From: the human T2T-CHM13v2.0 reference genome, Homo sapiens
Length of the DNA: 64,000 nucleotides
Reading direction: 5' to 3' (one strand)
NCBI RefSeq assembly: GCF_009914755.1
Contig: NC_060927.1
Positions within the stretch are counted from its first letter, which is position 1, and the number at the start of each line of letters is the position of its first letter. Of this stretch, positions 14,093 through 28,958 are shown in pieces. A program made the translations under genes and the position numbers. The notes below the pieces were generated by a model. The model ran no database searches. It was not told the origin of the DNA and was given only the letters and a program-made list of their open reading frames with translations.

Positions 14093-16081
14093 AAAGTGAA
14101 TATACTGCTCTGGTTTGAAGTTTTGTCATTTGACAATCTGTGTTAGTTGGTCTGCTCTTTTTTTTTTTTTTTTTTTGGTTTAGTTTTTTCATGGCTTCCA
14201 CCTAGACTGAGGTCAGCAATCTGTCTGCAGCCGAAACCTGAAGCTAGAACACAACTTTTGAACTGATAGGTCCTTCACCAGAGAAAAAAAGAATAAGACA
14301 TTCACATCAGCAATATATGTCCTAGTACACAGTATGAATTGCAATATGAAACCCTGTATGTTTTCATGATCTTAGAACTGATTACCTGTGAAAAGCCTGT
14401 TACTTTAAAACTTTAAATTTGGAAACTAAATCACTTGTTTCTTAAGGAGAAGATGCTAAAGATTTACAGGGAGAGAGGACCAGCTGCTTTTGACCTCTAG
14501 AAATGATCTCTAATAATGCCAGGGCAACGATTCTACAAATAGGTTTAAATTTTAATATAGCTATATTATCAGGCCTAGATATTCTTTGGTGGATGCCTCT
14601 GTTGGCAGTTACTCACATTGCCTTTATCAGTGAACGCTGTCATATTTGTGTGTTATAATCACTGCCTTGACAGAATCAGATAAGCACCTATAAAGTCTTT
14701 TAAAAGAAATTTACTTCCTCTATCTACAAACTGTCAGCACCTTTGCTTTTAAACACTCTCACTTTGCACAATATAGGTTATTAGTTTGAAGATTTGAATT
14801 AATGGGATGTTAAAAAATGTGGGGTTAGAGAACTAGATGCCAGTAACCAAAGTGAAAAAAAAGGAACCATTTTTTCTGTACAAGGGGGAGCTGTCACCGG
14901 CTTGTCATAGGAGTTAATAAATGAATATGTTCCTAGAGATTGTCTTCCCATTTAAAACGTTGACCCAGCAAAATTCCTAATTTTATGTATTAATGACAAC
15001 TGATACCAACAATTAAGGAAGACGATGTTAATTATTTGACCAGCTACTTGGCTTATGTGCTGTATGAACAAAATACCTTTCAGGAACTCCGGATTGACTT
15101 TCTGCTTTGTAAACATTAGCTCCTGTTTACTTGTTAGCCTTTAAGACATAAACATTGCTGTACCACACTATATAAAGAAGCTTCCCACTTAGGAAACCCA
15201 AGGTAATATCATCTAGCATTTTGGCATTCTCACGAAGAATTAGTGCCTAGGGGAGGCAAAACAGAACATTAGTGAGGATTAATAGAATTTTTGAGTAGGC
15301 CTTCTTTTTTCTCTTCTCTCTGTCTCAGTTTTTATGTATTAACCTTCAAATTATTTTAGGATGCTTTTTTTCGGTGCTGAATTATTAAAAGTGGTATATT
15401 TTTCAATATCTAGCTAGTAGATTGTTTATGATGGTTTTACATTTTTTCCCATAAGGCACATCTTATTTAAATTTCTACATTTTAATATTTTTGTGGTTCA
15501 AGTTGCAAGCAGATAACAGATGATAGAACTCTAATTTTGTATTTTCAATAGGCACATTGATTTAGTAGCTTTGCTAACCACGTCAGAGGGCTCTGAAACC
15601 ATTCTCAAACATTTCTTGGAGTTGATAAGAGATAAATTAAGAAACATAAAGATTTCTGTCGCTCACAAACTATATGATGTTTTGTGAGTCACTTAGTCTC
15701 TGGGCTTCCATGTCTGCATCTAAAAATCTATGAGCTTGAACCAAATGATTTTGCCAGTTGTTTCCACATTGGAGTCATGTTAAACACTGTTGATGGACAG
15801 GAAATTTAAGGTCCTAGCTCTTGTGGTTTGACTGGAAGTCCAAAATTGAAATAGAAAGAAAGATGGGCTTGGGAATGAAGCACTTGGTAAGACGTAAGAA
15901 TTTGCATAAAGGGCATCAAGTATAAAATAAATCCTGTAAACCACAGTCTCCAATGGAGTTTTATCTCCAGCAATATGTCTATTTTTAAAACTGCAATCTG
16001 TAGCCTCAAGCACTCCAATTCACTAAGAATGCACACAAAGCGGCCATAAAATGGATTGAATAAACACGCTTCCAGAATCTT

Positions 16082-16255
16082 TCTTTTTTTTTTCTGAGAT
16101 GGAGTCTTGCTGTGTCACCCAGGTACAGTGGCACGATCTCGACTCACTGCAACCTTCATATTGGCCAGGCTGATCTCAAACTCCTGATCTCGTTATCTGC
16201 CTGCCTCGGCCTCCCAAAGTGCTGGGATTATAGACGTGAGCCGCTGCACCTGGCC
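16082..16255 (-). mobile_element. AluSg/Sc-like with ~120-bp internal deletion
   Basis: ctgcaacct joined directly to catattggccagg; TSD tccagaatc / tctggaatc. Confidence 0.9.
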
Positions 16256-19243
16256 TCTGGAATCATTTTAAGGATTAGGTAGGATGAAATAATTGTCAGA
16301 ACCTGTACTTTTATTACAATAAAAAATATTTATTTTTTGCTTGTTAATATGATCAGATTCTGAAGGTACTTTCTTTGGTTGCAAATTGCTTAGAAAACCA
16401 GCAATCTTACAAAATAATAATTAAGAAAATCTATCTAAATATGTCATTGATTACCCTTAGTTAACAGTTCTATCAGTTTCATCACTATTTTCTCTAACAC
16501 TAATAATCTTAGTGAAATCTTTTTTCCTAATTTAGTTCAACCAAGTCACCCAATGCAACTGTCTGATTCCCAAGTCTTTCAGCTAGCTGCAGAACTAAAG
16601 TTCTTGGTTAAGTCAGAACTATTATACACATAAGTTGTCATAAATAACAATTCGTTGAGAAAGATGTGGGTCATAAACATAAAGAATATAATATCAGAGA
16701 CAGTTTTGAACATATGTTGCTTCATTTCTGTTCAAATAGTCTGGATAGCCTGTTAAGATGCTCCAACTTCCTGTAATAGAGAGTGAAATGAACATTTTTC
16801 TTAAAAATGTGTCCCTCTTGGTTATTTAATGTAGCAGAACAATAGCACAATAAAATACCAGCAGAATATCTGATAATTTTTTATTGAGGAAACAGGGAAG
16901 TTAGGATGAAATGTAGTACTCTTCAAGTTAACAGGAAAATACACTTACAGCTTTCAGGCCCACCTAAAGATCCTCTACCATTTATCAGAAAATCTCTTCA
17001 ATTTTCAAAAGCCCTCTAAAGAACTCCTGGGACTATAAACAAAGGCCATATTGTTTCCTTTGCTGACGCTTGTTAAGTGGCTCATGAATAATACTAAATG
17101 CATCCTCTCCATAAATCTCCTTGATGTAGGACTACTGTTATCCAGCCACAAACTTCACTGACATCCATCATAAAGTCGGAGATGGGAGATTTGCAACATG
17201 CATCCAAATAACTGCTTCCATTGTCCCATCGATGTGATTCTCTTGAACACTTGAAGTCAGAAGAAAGAGAAATTCTAGCACTTTTATTTATTTTTATTTT
17301 TTTAATGGAGTATGTTGAAAACACTTTTAATATTCTTTGGGCTGATCTTTCAGAACAATAATTTAAGGTTATGCATTACTGGAACTTATATTTACAATAA
17401 CATTTCATACAGAGTAACTGGAAAAAACTGGGTGTTGTGTAGACTTATTTCAGAGATTCTGGGCTTTTAGTTTCTTAACCTTCTTCTTTTTCTTTTTTTG
17501 TTAAGAGGAAACCACATATAATGTCTTTAGGTGCCAACATATGTTGGCAATAGCTTGGACGTGTTCCTTCTAATGAACAATCTATTTTGATGCTCTATTT
17601 GTGGCAAAAAGAAGAAATGGATGGCAAATAGGACCTGGTGTAACTCAGTGATGTTTCCTGTAAAGAGAAAAGGGAAGTTTAAGGAGAAATTACACATTTA
17701 GAGTCCCTCTGTGATTAGGCAAATTTGGAGGCATTTTCAGTGTCACTTGAAGAAAGCATTACACGTCTTTTTTTCTTTGAAGTATATTTATCACTTAAAA
17801 CTGTACAATGTCAACAGGGAAAGGATTTATTTAACATCTCACAATGGACTTTCAAAATAAGCAACATAGGACACTTTCATAGGTCAAAGAAGTAAAAGGC
17901 CATATAAAATGGTCTTCATTCACTGTCCTGTGATTTAGATCTACTAGGAGAATATTTTAATACCTACAGTAATAATTCAGTTGCATCGTTGTTCTTACCA
18001 GGAACTATGGTTAAAGTTAAATTTGCTTTTCAGTTTGTTAATGCTTGCATAGAGAATGTGATTTAACGAATGCCTCAGTCTTAGTACCTCTTTGGAGAGA
18101 ATATAAATCAAGCTACGGCTATTTATTTAGACAGGTGCATATCAGGCTCTAGTTATAAATATGAATATAAATTTTGTTTAATTCTTCTAGTAGTAGGAAA
18201 ATATAGCTTGTCTGCTTGTGAATGTACTATAGGCCAACTATAATATTTCGGAGTAAAACAAAGAGGAGTTCAAAATGTAGCATGTTCTTCTTATAGTAAC
18301 TTAAAATGACAAGGTATTTGCTAGTATAGATAAAAAATATTGGATTAACTGAGGGTTACTTTGTTGCTGGTGTTTTTAGATGTGGAGTTGAGAGGGTTGA
18401 GTGGAATTATTTAAGAGGACATTGGAAAATGGGAACACTATTTTTATTACATTTATGTAATTAGACAACTTATGAATGCTAAAATCTAATAGTGTTTATT
18501 TGAATAAATGGTTGTGTAGAGGAAAGTTCTTAATTCAACAGAAAATAATCCTCCAGCATTTTTTTCTCATATTGGCCATGGGTACTTTAGTAGTAATTCG
18601 AATTACAAAACTTTAGGCTTACATGAATCTATATAAGAAAAATATGCTTTAGAAGATTGAACACTCTTGTGTTCAGTCAAACATCAAATACTTTATAGAA
18701 TCATAAATAAAAGAAGCATAATTATGCCCTTCAGCCTACTCCCCTTCCCCCAGAAAAATTTTGTTCAGGGGAAATTTTCTAAGCTTATGGTCATAGGCAA
18801 TGGAGGTCATATTTTGCATCATTGGCCAAGTATGTCAAACTTGACATGCAATGTCAGCTGCATTCCAAAAGAAAAGAATATTCTGTTGATACAGCTGTAG
18901 CAGGATATGCTTGTCTTTGTACAGAGGCAATTATTTCTTTATCGAAAATAACCAAACTGGGAGGGATAATCTTCTCCAACAAAGTTGAGGTATATCCAGC
19001 ATATATTTAAATATTAATAAGACAAAAATGAATTATTTGCTTACTGTATTTTAAACAATATTTTGTACGAATGCATGTACATCCATGAGTATATGTATGT
19101 GTGTGTCTATCTTCATTATAACCTCTAGTAAGTTATTTGCCTGGATACGGTAATGATGTCATTAGAGCTCTATGATAGGACAGTGTTAATTTTCCACTAC
19201 TAGTAGATGATAATTGACACAGAAAGTTTTCCTTGCCCTACAG

Positions 19244-19567
19244 CAGGAGATTGCAATTTTTTTTCTGTCAATGTCCAGATAGTAAATAGTAGGCTTTGAG
19301 GCTTTGAGGGCCTGTTGAAACTCTAACTCTGTTGTTGCAGCACAAAGGCAGTGACAGACAGTACATAAAAGAATGAACAGGACTCTGTTCCAATAAAACT
19401 TTACTTATGGACACTATAACTTAAATTTCATAAAACCTCCACATGTCACAGAATATTATTCTTCTTTCAATTTTTTTCAGTCACTTGAAAATGTAAAACT
19501 ATTCTTAGCTTATGGGACTTACAAAACAGGTGGATTTGGCCAGTGGGTCATAGTTTGCCAAACTCTG
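19244..19567 (-). mobile_element. MER58(B)-like hAT-Charlie MITE
   Basis: ccagatagtaaat...aggcttt; tgttccaataaaacttta; ggatttggcc...tagtttgcc. Confidence 0.8.
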
Positions 19568-20584
19568 TCTTAAAATAATGTTTGAACAGATATTTATTCC
19601 ATAATTTGGCTCATCAGGTATATTCATTTTGGTGTACTATTCTGTTTCTCTTAAAGAATCAGATGAGGACATGTCTGGAAATGTGTACACATATTATATA
19701 ATTTCACATATATCTCTTCATTTTTTTTTTGAAAGGTCAATAATAAGATTAGCTCAGCTTTCCTTTTTAGTCTTATTGAGGCAGATTAGTTTACTGAGAT
19801 ACTGATTTGTGTTTTCTCTCAGTGCAGTGGGTACTCCCCTGCCCATATCCCTTCATCTAAAGAAGACAGCCAACATTTCAACATTGTAGCTTATTTTGAC
19901 ACAAAATTATTGATATCATCAGGCAACATTTTTCCTAATGAGATATTTGTGTTTGATTGTCTGGTAAAAGGGGACTCTAGGGTTAGAAAGAGTAGAAATG
20001 GACTCATCAGATTGATCTCAAGGAAGATGCTGAGGAATTTCCAAACTTGGAGCAGATCAGGCAAGGAAAATTTGTCAGGACATTCAGGCACTTTGACCAA
20101 GGATTGCTAGAGGCTGGAAGTGGCACTCTGACCTTCACCCTCTGTAGTCTGGTAGTTACTCAGGTAAACCACTGCAGGTTGTCTGAGTTAGCCCAGACAA
20201 GAGTGCTCAAATCTGGGTAGCAGAAAGAGCAATGTTGTGATGGTCACCACTGTGTACTTGAGCCCAGGATCCCCTCACTGGTTCTTGAGAGCACCAAGAT
20301 GAGCCCCATTTTATAATTCTGGCAAGATTCTAAAAAGGAAGTAAGTTCCTTTCAAGTATAGTCATTACTTAATTTTCTTCCATCCATGCACTGGAGAATA
20401 TTTAACTGATTTAGAGAATGAAAAGTTATATTTGTTTGATTCAAATTGCATAGACAATTTTATAACAGCTACTAAGGGTTTACATGATATAATTATTATA
20501 TGTTAAATAGATAAATATGTACTGTATTTAGAGGTTTTTTTTTGTAATAGTTACTTTTTTTTTTCTTCAGAAGAGTTGGTTTGT

Positions 20585-20830
20585 CAAAGTGGTTAAGAGT
20601 ATGGGGTTGGAAGATGGATATATCTATTCCTTACCATTTCTGTGGCCTTAGGAAAGTTACTCAGCTTCATTAAGCCTCAGTTTTCTCCAGTGGAAAATGA
20701 ATATAGGTTTACTTCCTCATAGAGTTTTATGAATATTTAATCAGATAGTGAAGTTTAAAAGTTTAGTACAGTAGTAACATAAAATAATACTCAGTAAATG
20801 TAAGTATTATGAATACAAATGTTATTACTT
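20585..20830 (+). mobile_element. MIR SINE
   Basis: agtggttaagag; aagttactcagcttcattaagcctcagttttctc. Confidence 0.75.
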
Positions 20831-21939
20831 TTTTATTATTTAGCACTGCATTTGAAAAATAGTTAATGAGCATAATTAAACACAGTATTATATTTGACCA
20901 CCATTCTCCACACCATCTTCGTTTGCAGATAAACCCACTTATAATAATAATAACCATTTTTTACTGATTAATTCTTGTATCCTAAATTATATAACTATAT
21001 TTTATTGATTTATTAATTTTATACAATATATGTTGACTTCATATTAAAATAATAATTTAGTTCATTTAAACCACTCTTCCACCTCACCTCTTCTCTTCCT
21101 GATTTTGATGTAGATATGCATAAAACTACTGTTCTTTTTTCTATTTGTTACTTTTGTAACCTTAAGTACTTCTGTTACATTTTATTTCTTGTTCAATCAA
21201 TTTTAGACACTGTCTCTTACTCTTCACTTTGTGAACTCTTACAAAGAGTTCCTCATCTGTTCTATAGCTGTCATTTAATCTTTTGTTCTGTTTTTATTGT
21301 TTTACCTATCAGTCTAGACCCTCAAAAGTACAAAATATTTGATTCTTTCTCCCCACCCTTACATATTTCAGGAACATGAGCTTCATTTGTGGTTTAAAAA
21401 GGCAATTGACTCAAGATGAATTTCTGATCCTATATCCGTAGAACAAAGGATGTACAAATAATTATACACACTCACACATACATATAAGAGACAAATATAT
21501 AAAAGTAAAATCTGTTGTGTCTTAAAAAGAGCATCATGCAATTAAAGACTTTTTTAAAGAATTTGAAATTTTTATTTATTTTACAACATTATTAATAATA
21601 ATTGCTTATGGTGGATGCTCTGAATTTAATTTTACTTTTTGTTTACCAGAACTTTTACAGTACAGCTTCTCAGTCTTGAGTTTTAATTTTTATTCATCTA
21701 TTTATTGTCTGGAATGGCATCTCTGAGTTCTCTTAGGAAAAATAGATGTGTGTATCTTAAAATCTAGCATACTTAAATCTAACAAATTTCTGTTTTAAAT
21801 AAGAAAACTAACTTACTGTTTTAAATAAGACAAATTGAAATATACTGACAAATATATGGATAGATACATAAAATTCCCAACCCCTTTTAACTAAAGGCAT
21901 GGTAGACACTACTTTACTGTCTTGTGGCACTTACTGTTT

Positions 21940-22520
21940 AAGTATATTTATATTGAAGAATAATGTAAGTACAGAAAAATACACAAATTATGAGCATATA
22001 ACTAGATAAGTTTTCACAAACATTTTGTATTTTACTATTTAAAAATGGAATTATACAGTACTTATTCTTTTGTGTTTGTTTTCTTTTAACTTAATAGCCT
22101 ATTTTTGAGATTATTCCATGCTGTTATGGTAGCTGTAGTTCATTTATTCTTGTTACTGTGTGACATTCCATTGTACGAATGAAATGTATTATCATTTATG
22201 TAACCATTTTATTGTTAATGAACATGAGCTGTTTACAGTTACACACAATGCTACTTTGAACATTCTTGAACACCTTTGGTGCCCATATGCAAATATTTCT
22301 GTTGTATAATACACTAAAGAGTACAATTTCTGTGTCATAGGATATATGTGTGTTCAGCTCTAATAAATGCTGCCTAGACATTTTACCAATTTATATTCCC
22401 ATTAGCAGTGTATAGGAGTTGCAGTTCTTCCACATTTGATCCATACTTGCTATTGACAGTCTTTTTAATTTTAACTATTTAGGTAGGTATGTGGTGGCAT
22501 CTCACTGATTTTTGTGTAAA
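21940..22520 (-). mobile_element. Old L1M (L1MC/ME-type) 3' fragment
   Basis: aaatggaattatacagta; tgaacattcttgaaca; tattcccattagcagtgtataggagtt. Confidence 0.7.
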
Positions 22521-22744
22521 GTGAGCTTTATATTTTTATTTTTCTATTAGAGCAATCTTTCTTTTTTTCTACCCAGACATTCTTTCTTTCTTAAGAATAT
22601 TCTAATCTGAAGAATATAGATCTTTTCTCTGTTTTTAAGTTTTACTTCTTGCTTGTTTTTTCTCCTTCTTTTCCTCTTCTTCCTCCTTCTTGTTACTTAG
22701 AAAGTGGGTATACACTTATTCTTTTACGTAAAACGTATACTTAG

Positions 22745-22900
22745 AAGAATCTTTCTCAATCTATAAATGTTCATCAGAATCCCTTGTGAAAAAATTTGAA
22801 AATGTAGTTATCAAGGTACCATTCCATTCTCAGTAAGTCAGAATTTTCAGGGATTTGCAGTCAGGTATGTGTACATTTTTTTTAAGTTACACACTTGATT
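22745..22900. mobile_element. MER5-like hAT relic
   Basis: tttctcaa...catcagaatc...tcagaattttcaggga...cattttttttaag. Confidence 0.5.
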
Positions 22901-25900
22901 ATACATCATTGTTTTTAAACTTACTTATTACCTTTAATATGTAGGGTGAAGTATTTGTGTAGCTCAGAAAAGTTTTCTTTTATTACATCATAAATTATTT
23001 TGCTTGTTTCCATATTTTTTTTCACTCTGGAATACCAATAATTTTAAGGTTGGTCTTCCATTCTCTGCAAAATTCATGTCTTCTTCCTCAGTGTTCTAAT
23101 TTCTGTACTTTTTCTTTGTTTTAGTGATGTTAGTGTACTAAATTCTCTACCTTTTAACATGAAAATGATGATCCAAATAGGATTATTTTCTTGTTATGAA
23201 AAGATAGTTAAAAATTCCCAATACATAATCAATATCAAATTATACCTGAGATTTGTTATGTCACTGTAGCTGCCACATAATAATCCTATATTTGGATGAG
23301 ACTCTATGAATGAAACCTGTAGTATCTGAAACTTTTTTTACATGAATGGTTAAAGGTGCTGTGATGATGTCTTATTTCTTAACTTGAGCTAATGTGTACA
23401 GCAGTAACTGGGGAGACTTAAGGGCGGGACTTCCAAGGGGTTAAACTTTATAGAGAGTTTTGAAGCCCCTTTAGAAGGAATTCATCCTGTGGGAAGAAAG
23501 GGATCAAGCACACAATGGATTAGTGATTCCCTGACACAGAAGGCAGTGAAAAAATGAAGCTATTTAGTTTATAACATCTTTCTTTATTGACAATCCCAAA
23601 TAGTTTCTTCATTTGTTTTCTTCTGTTCCAAAATGCACACCATTCACCACTAAGGCATATGAGCCAGAACTATAACAAATGGAGGTTGTAACTGAAAAGT
23701 CAAGATTTTGAGAGCAAAAATCTCAAAACTGAAAGGATTCAGAACAGTGAAGTTCAAAAGGTGGAGAGTGATACATACCACTTTGGAATGTAACACATCA
23801 GTGTTTTAGAACAAGGAAGGTTACAGAATATATAATGTGGCCTTGCCAAATGCATGACTTATTAGCAGCTTCTATGCATGTAGGAAGCAGTGCTTAAGGC
23901 TCCCAGTGGTGACAATCAGTGCCCATACTATAGCTATTTTAGCTTTTGCAGAAACAGAACTCTTGGCAATACATATTAGCAGTATTGAAGTAGACCTTGG
24001 TGAGCACCACCAACTTCTGGAGCAGCTTTGTTACCTTCAGCATCCTTGGCAACAGATTATGAAACAGCATTCAAGTTTAAGCAAGAATGGATCACAAAGC
24101 CAGCTGGCACCTAGCAGATACCCCTTGGAGAACTCCACAAATAAGTCAATAGAGATTTTTAGGGGAGCTGAGAAATTCATTAAAAGATAGAACGCAAAGT
24201 CAGAGCTATAGATTACAGAGCTGTAAACATTTATTAAATGTAAAAAATTAAATGTTAAATGTGTATCATTTTTTAATTTAATAAATTAAATTATCATTTA
24301 CATTTTTATTATTAAAATTTTATTAGTATAATCTATATATTTGTAACCCCTGGCTGGTAGAGCCTCAAGAAACACAAATCATACTTTGTAAAGACCCCAT
24401 TTCTTTGTATTTAGAATTGAGCTTACCTAATGTAAGCAGAAGATGTCATATTTGTAACACTTCTATTTTAAGTTTTTTTCACTATTTTAAAAATGTATCT
24501 GTACTCCATTTGGGGGTCTCTCTACTTCTGTGGACTAGGTCAATCTGCATACATATGAAGTTGTGTGTGACAACTGCAGTAGATTCAAGTTTCATAACCA
24601 CACAGACCATTGGCTATTTCATTAACATGGTTCAAATGTTTAAGATTAGATGATGCAGAACATTGACCAAAGACTGTTCCCTATTTCATATGACGCCATT
24701 ACGTCAAAAATATCACATAAATCCAGATTGAGTTTTTATTTCATCATGAAACACAGCAAACTTTCAGAAATAAAGTAATGGTTTACTATAAGTGAAAACT
24801 TACTAGCTGTGGCTGATACACAGAACTATTTAACCACTGACTTTTTTAATGTAAAAGAATTTTTGTGTATTGTATTTTTTATATGTGGTGGTTTAAAATG
24901 GAGTAAGGACATTAAAGATGAAATAAAGCACAAACATGAAATTCATGAGGCTTTCTAGGAAAATAGTCATCAATAATTAACATGTCAATTTTCCAGAAAT
25001 AAACACAGCGCTAACCACATCTTATGAAAACAACCAAAAATTTCCACAGTTCAGACTTCAGAGCATAATTCTGTATATGCCAGAGAAAGACAGGTAAATG
25101 CTCCAGGAAACCTGGGGACTGGTGGTCCATCAAGGTTTTTTCTGGTTTTGATGAAAATTAGTGTGATATGATGCACAGATGAAAGAGCAAATGGGTTTTC
25201 TTGATGAAAGCAGTGAATTCTGAAATTATGCACAGCAGGTACAGATGGGGAAGATACTGCACAGATTTCAAAAGATATCTCACATAGTTTTAATGCTGAA
25301 ACATTTACTTTATCCTTTCACTTCATAGCCTCATTGTGGGTGAGCATATTTGTCTAAATAAGGAGATCTTCTTTTATAGGGAAGGGTAAATGATAAAAAG
25401 ACAATCATAAATCATTTTATGATTTATGAATCTTCTTTTATTGATTCATTAAACAAATATTTATTGAGTCCCTACTATGTGCTGGGCACTGTGTCACAGA
25501 AGATTCTGGTGTTTTTTACTTGACTGAAATATAATTGTGTAATCAGTCATTTATAGGCAATATTGTGAAGCAAGCAAATTTTCTATAGATCTTGCTGTGC
25601 CCTCTTGAGATTCTGCCTCTTCCGTTTCCAGACTTATCATTCATTGATTCTTCCTGCTAGCATGTTGCTCTCTATCACAGTTTTTTTTAAGTATCAGCTT
25701 ATAAAGGCTTAAGTGGTCTGAATTCAGTGCTAATGTAAAGCAAGGAGAGAAGTGTAGTTTGAACATGTGTGCTTGTGTGTGTGTGTCTAGAAAGGCATTT
25801 TAAAGGGAGAATTATACTTGGAGGCCTGCAAATCACACTCTATTGACACCATCTTATTACCTCCAAAATCAAAACTGTGGACTGAAATTCTTAGGGGCAA

Positions 25901-25974
25901 AAATCTCTTATAGTTCTTTGAACTCTTCATGGATGATTTTAAAGAAATGTTTTCTACCATGGGTTAGAAATGTT

Positions 25975-26660
25975 ATTCATTCATTCACTCAGTGTTTGAG
26001 TACTGGCTCTATGTTGTTCTAGGGATTTGGGGTACAGGAATGAACAAACTAGCCAAAAAAAAAAAAATCCCTGCCCTCCTGGAGCATACATTTTAGTGAC
26101 TGTAAGGTAACAATAAGAATAAACATCATAAACAACTAAATTCTACAATCTGTAAGAATAGGTGATAACTTACAAGAGAAAAAAAAAATAGAGCAGCCCA
26201 GCAAAAGGGAATTTGGAAGTGTTGAAAAGTAGGGAAATTTAATTTTAAGTAGGATGGCCAGGGCAGACCTCATTGAAAAGGTGACATTTGAGCAAATACT
26301 TGAGGGAGGTGAAGATAACTAGTTGCTTGACTATTTGGGAAAGAAGAGTATTCTCAGCAGAGGCAAAGTCTGTGCAATGTGACTGTTTGGCATGCTCCAG
26401 TAAGAGCAAAGAGGCTGATAGAACTGGAGCACAGTAAGCAAGGGAAAAGAAGTAGGTGATAGGTCAGAGGGACCATGTTTTGTGAGACCTTGTAAGACTT
26501 TGTAAAAATTTCGGCTTTACTTCAATTAAAATGGAGAGTCATTTCTGGGCTTTGAGCAAAGGAAGGTCGTGATCTGATATGGCTGCTGTGTGGTGTGTGG
26601 AGATGGCAGGAGTGAAAGCAAAGAGACCTGTGTGAAGACAAATTCAGTAACAGAAGAGAA
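25975..26660 (-). mobile_element. L2 LINE fragment
   Basis: attcattcattca start; ccctgccctcctggagc; gaaaaggtgacatttgagc. Confidence 0.8.
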
Positions 26661-26920
26661 TGTCGTTTCTTTGTTTTGTTCACTTTAAATGAATAATTCT
26701 AATTCTCTCAAAAGAATCTTTCATCTCAACTAGGCTCCACAGGCAGAAAATTTTTACTTATTTGTAAATAATTGTACTGGCATAAACTTGATAAATCTCG
26801 GTCTTGAAGACAGTGTAGCTTCCATCTCAGGAGAAAGGATGAACAAGGAAGGGCAATTCAGGTTGTAAACACTGCCTGCATTGGACTCTGTTCGAGTTCT
26901 CACCTTAGAAACACTGCAAA

Positions 26921-27169
26921 ATGTCCTCACTCATAGGTGGGAATTGAACAGTGAGAACACTTGGACACAGGAAGGGGAACATCACACACCGGGGCCTGTC
27001 ATAGGGTGGAGGGAGGGGGGAGGGATAGCATTAGGAGATATATCTAATGCTAAATGACGAGTTAATGGGTGCAGCACACCAACATGGCACATGTATACAT
27101 ATGTAACAAACTTGCACGTTGTGCACATGTACCCTAGAACTTAAAGTATAATAAAAAAAAAAAAAGAAA
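26921..27169 (+). mobile_element. Short L1PA4-like 3' end
   Basis: ctcactcataggtgggaattgaac ... poly(A); TSD agaaacactgca (26907-26918, 27170-27181). Confidence 0.95.
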
Positions 27170-27199
27170 AGAAACACTGCAGAATCTGCAACAACACAG

Positions 27200-27325
27200 T
27201 AATGATAAATCCTGGGACCCAAACCAAACCAATTAAATCAGAATCTTGTGATTGATGCTTAGCTGCTAGTACATTTTAGAAGCTCAGTGAGTGATTCTAA
27301 TGTGTAGTGATGGATGCAAGTCAAC
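27200..27325. mobile_element. MER5A-like fragment
   Basis: aattaaatcagaatct ... gtgattctaatgtgtag. Confidence 0.55.
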
Positions 27326-27995
27326 AGGCTACCCTTTTTCTTTTAAATTTATTTTAGGTTCAGGGGTACATGTGAGGATTTTTGTTGCAGAGGTAATAAA
27401 CTCATGTCACAGGGATTTGTTGTACAGATTATTTCATCACTCAAGTATTAAACCCAGTACCCAATAGTTATCTTTTCTGCTCCTCTCCCTCCTCCCACTC
27501 TCCACCCTTCAATACATGCCAGTGTCTGTTGTTTCCTTCTCGGTGTTCGTAAGTTCTCATCATTTAGCTCCCACCTATAATGAGAATGTATGGTATTTGG
27601 TTTTCTGTTCCTGCATTAGTTTGCTAAGGATAATAGTCTCCAGTTCTATCCATGCTCTCACAAAAGACATAATCTCATTCTTTTTAATGGCTGCATAGTA
27701 TTTCATGGACTATATGTACCATATTTTCTTTATCTGATCTGTCATTGATGGGCATTTAGGTTGATTACATGTTTTTGCTATTGTGAATAATGCTGCAATA
27801 AATGCTCATGTGTATGTTTCTTTGTGGTAGAATAATTTACATTCCTCTGGGTATATACCCAGTAATGGGATTGCTGGGTTGAATGGTAGTTCTGCTTTTA
27901 GCTCTTTGAGGAATTGCCATACTGCTTTCCACAATGGTTGAACTAATTTACACTCCCACCAACAGTGTATAGGTAGTGTTCCCTTTTCTCTGTAA

Positions 27996-28334
<339 letters not shown>

Positions 28335-28601
28335 TAATAGCCATTCTGACTAGTATAAGATGGTATCTCATTGTGGTTTTGACTTGCATGTCTCTAATGA
28401 TCAATGATATTGAGCTTTTCTTCATATGCTTGTTGTTTGCATATATTTATTTAAAGTTTTATTTATTTGTTTGCATATATTTGTTTAAAGTTTCTGTTCA
28501 TGCCCTTTGCACACTATTTAACAGGGTTGTTTGTTTTCCTTTTATAAATTTGTTTAAGTTTGTTACAGATGTTGGATATTAGACCTTTGACAGATTCATA
28601 G

Positions 28602-28958
<357 letters not shown>

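Noticed and set aside
17094-17280. Possible minus-strand terminal exon (VQENHIDG... or FKRITSMGQW...)
   Set aside because: AAG acceptor, no recognisable protein and no partner exon found
23420-23440. GC-box/kB-like gggcgggacttcc
   Set aside because: Isolated motif with no CpG island or promoter context
23906-24190. 94-aa ORF
   Set aside because: Non-ATG start, no splice support, no domain
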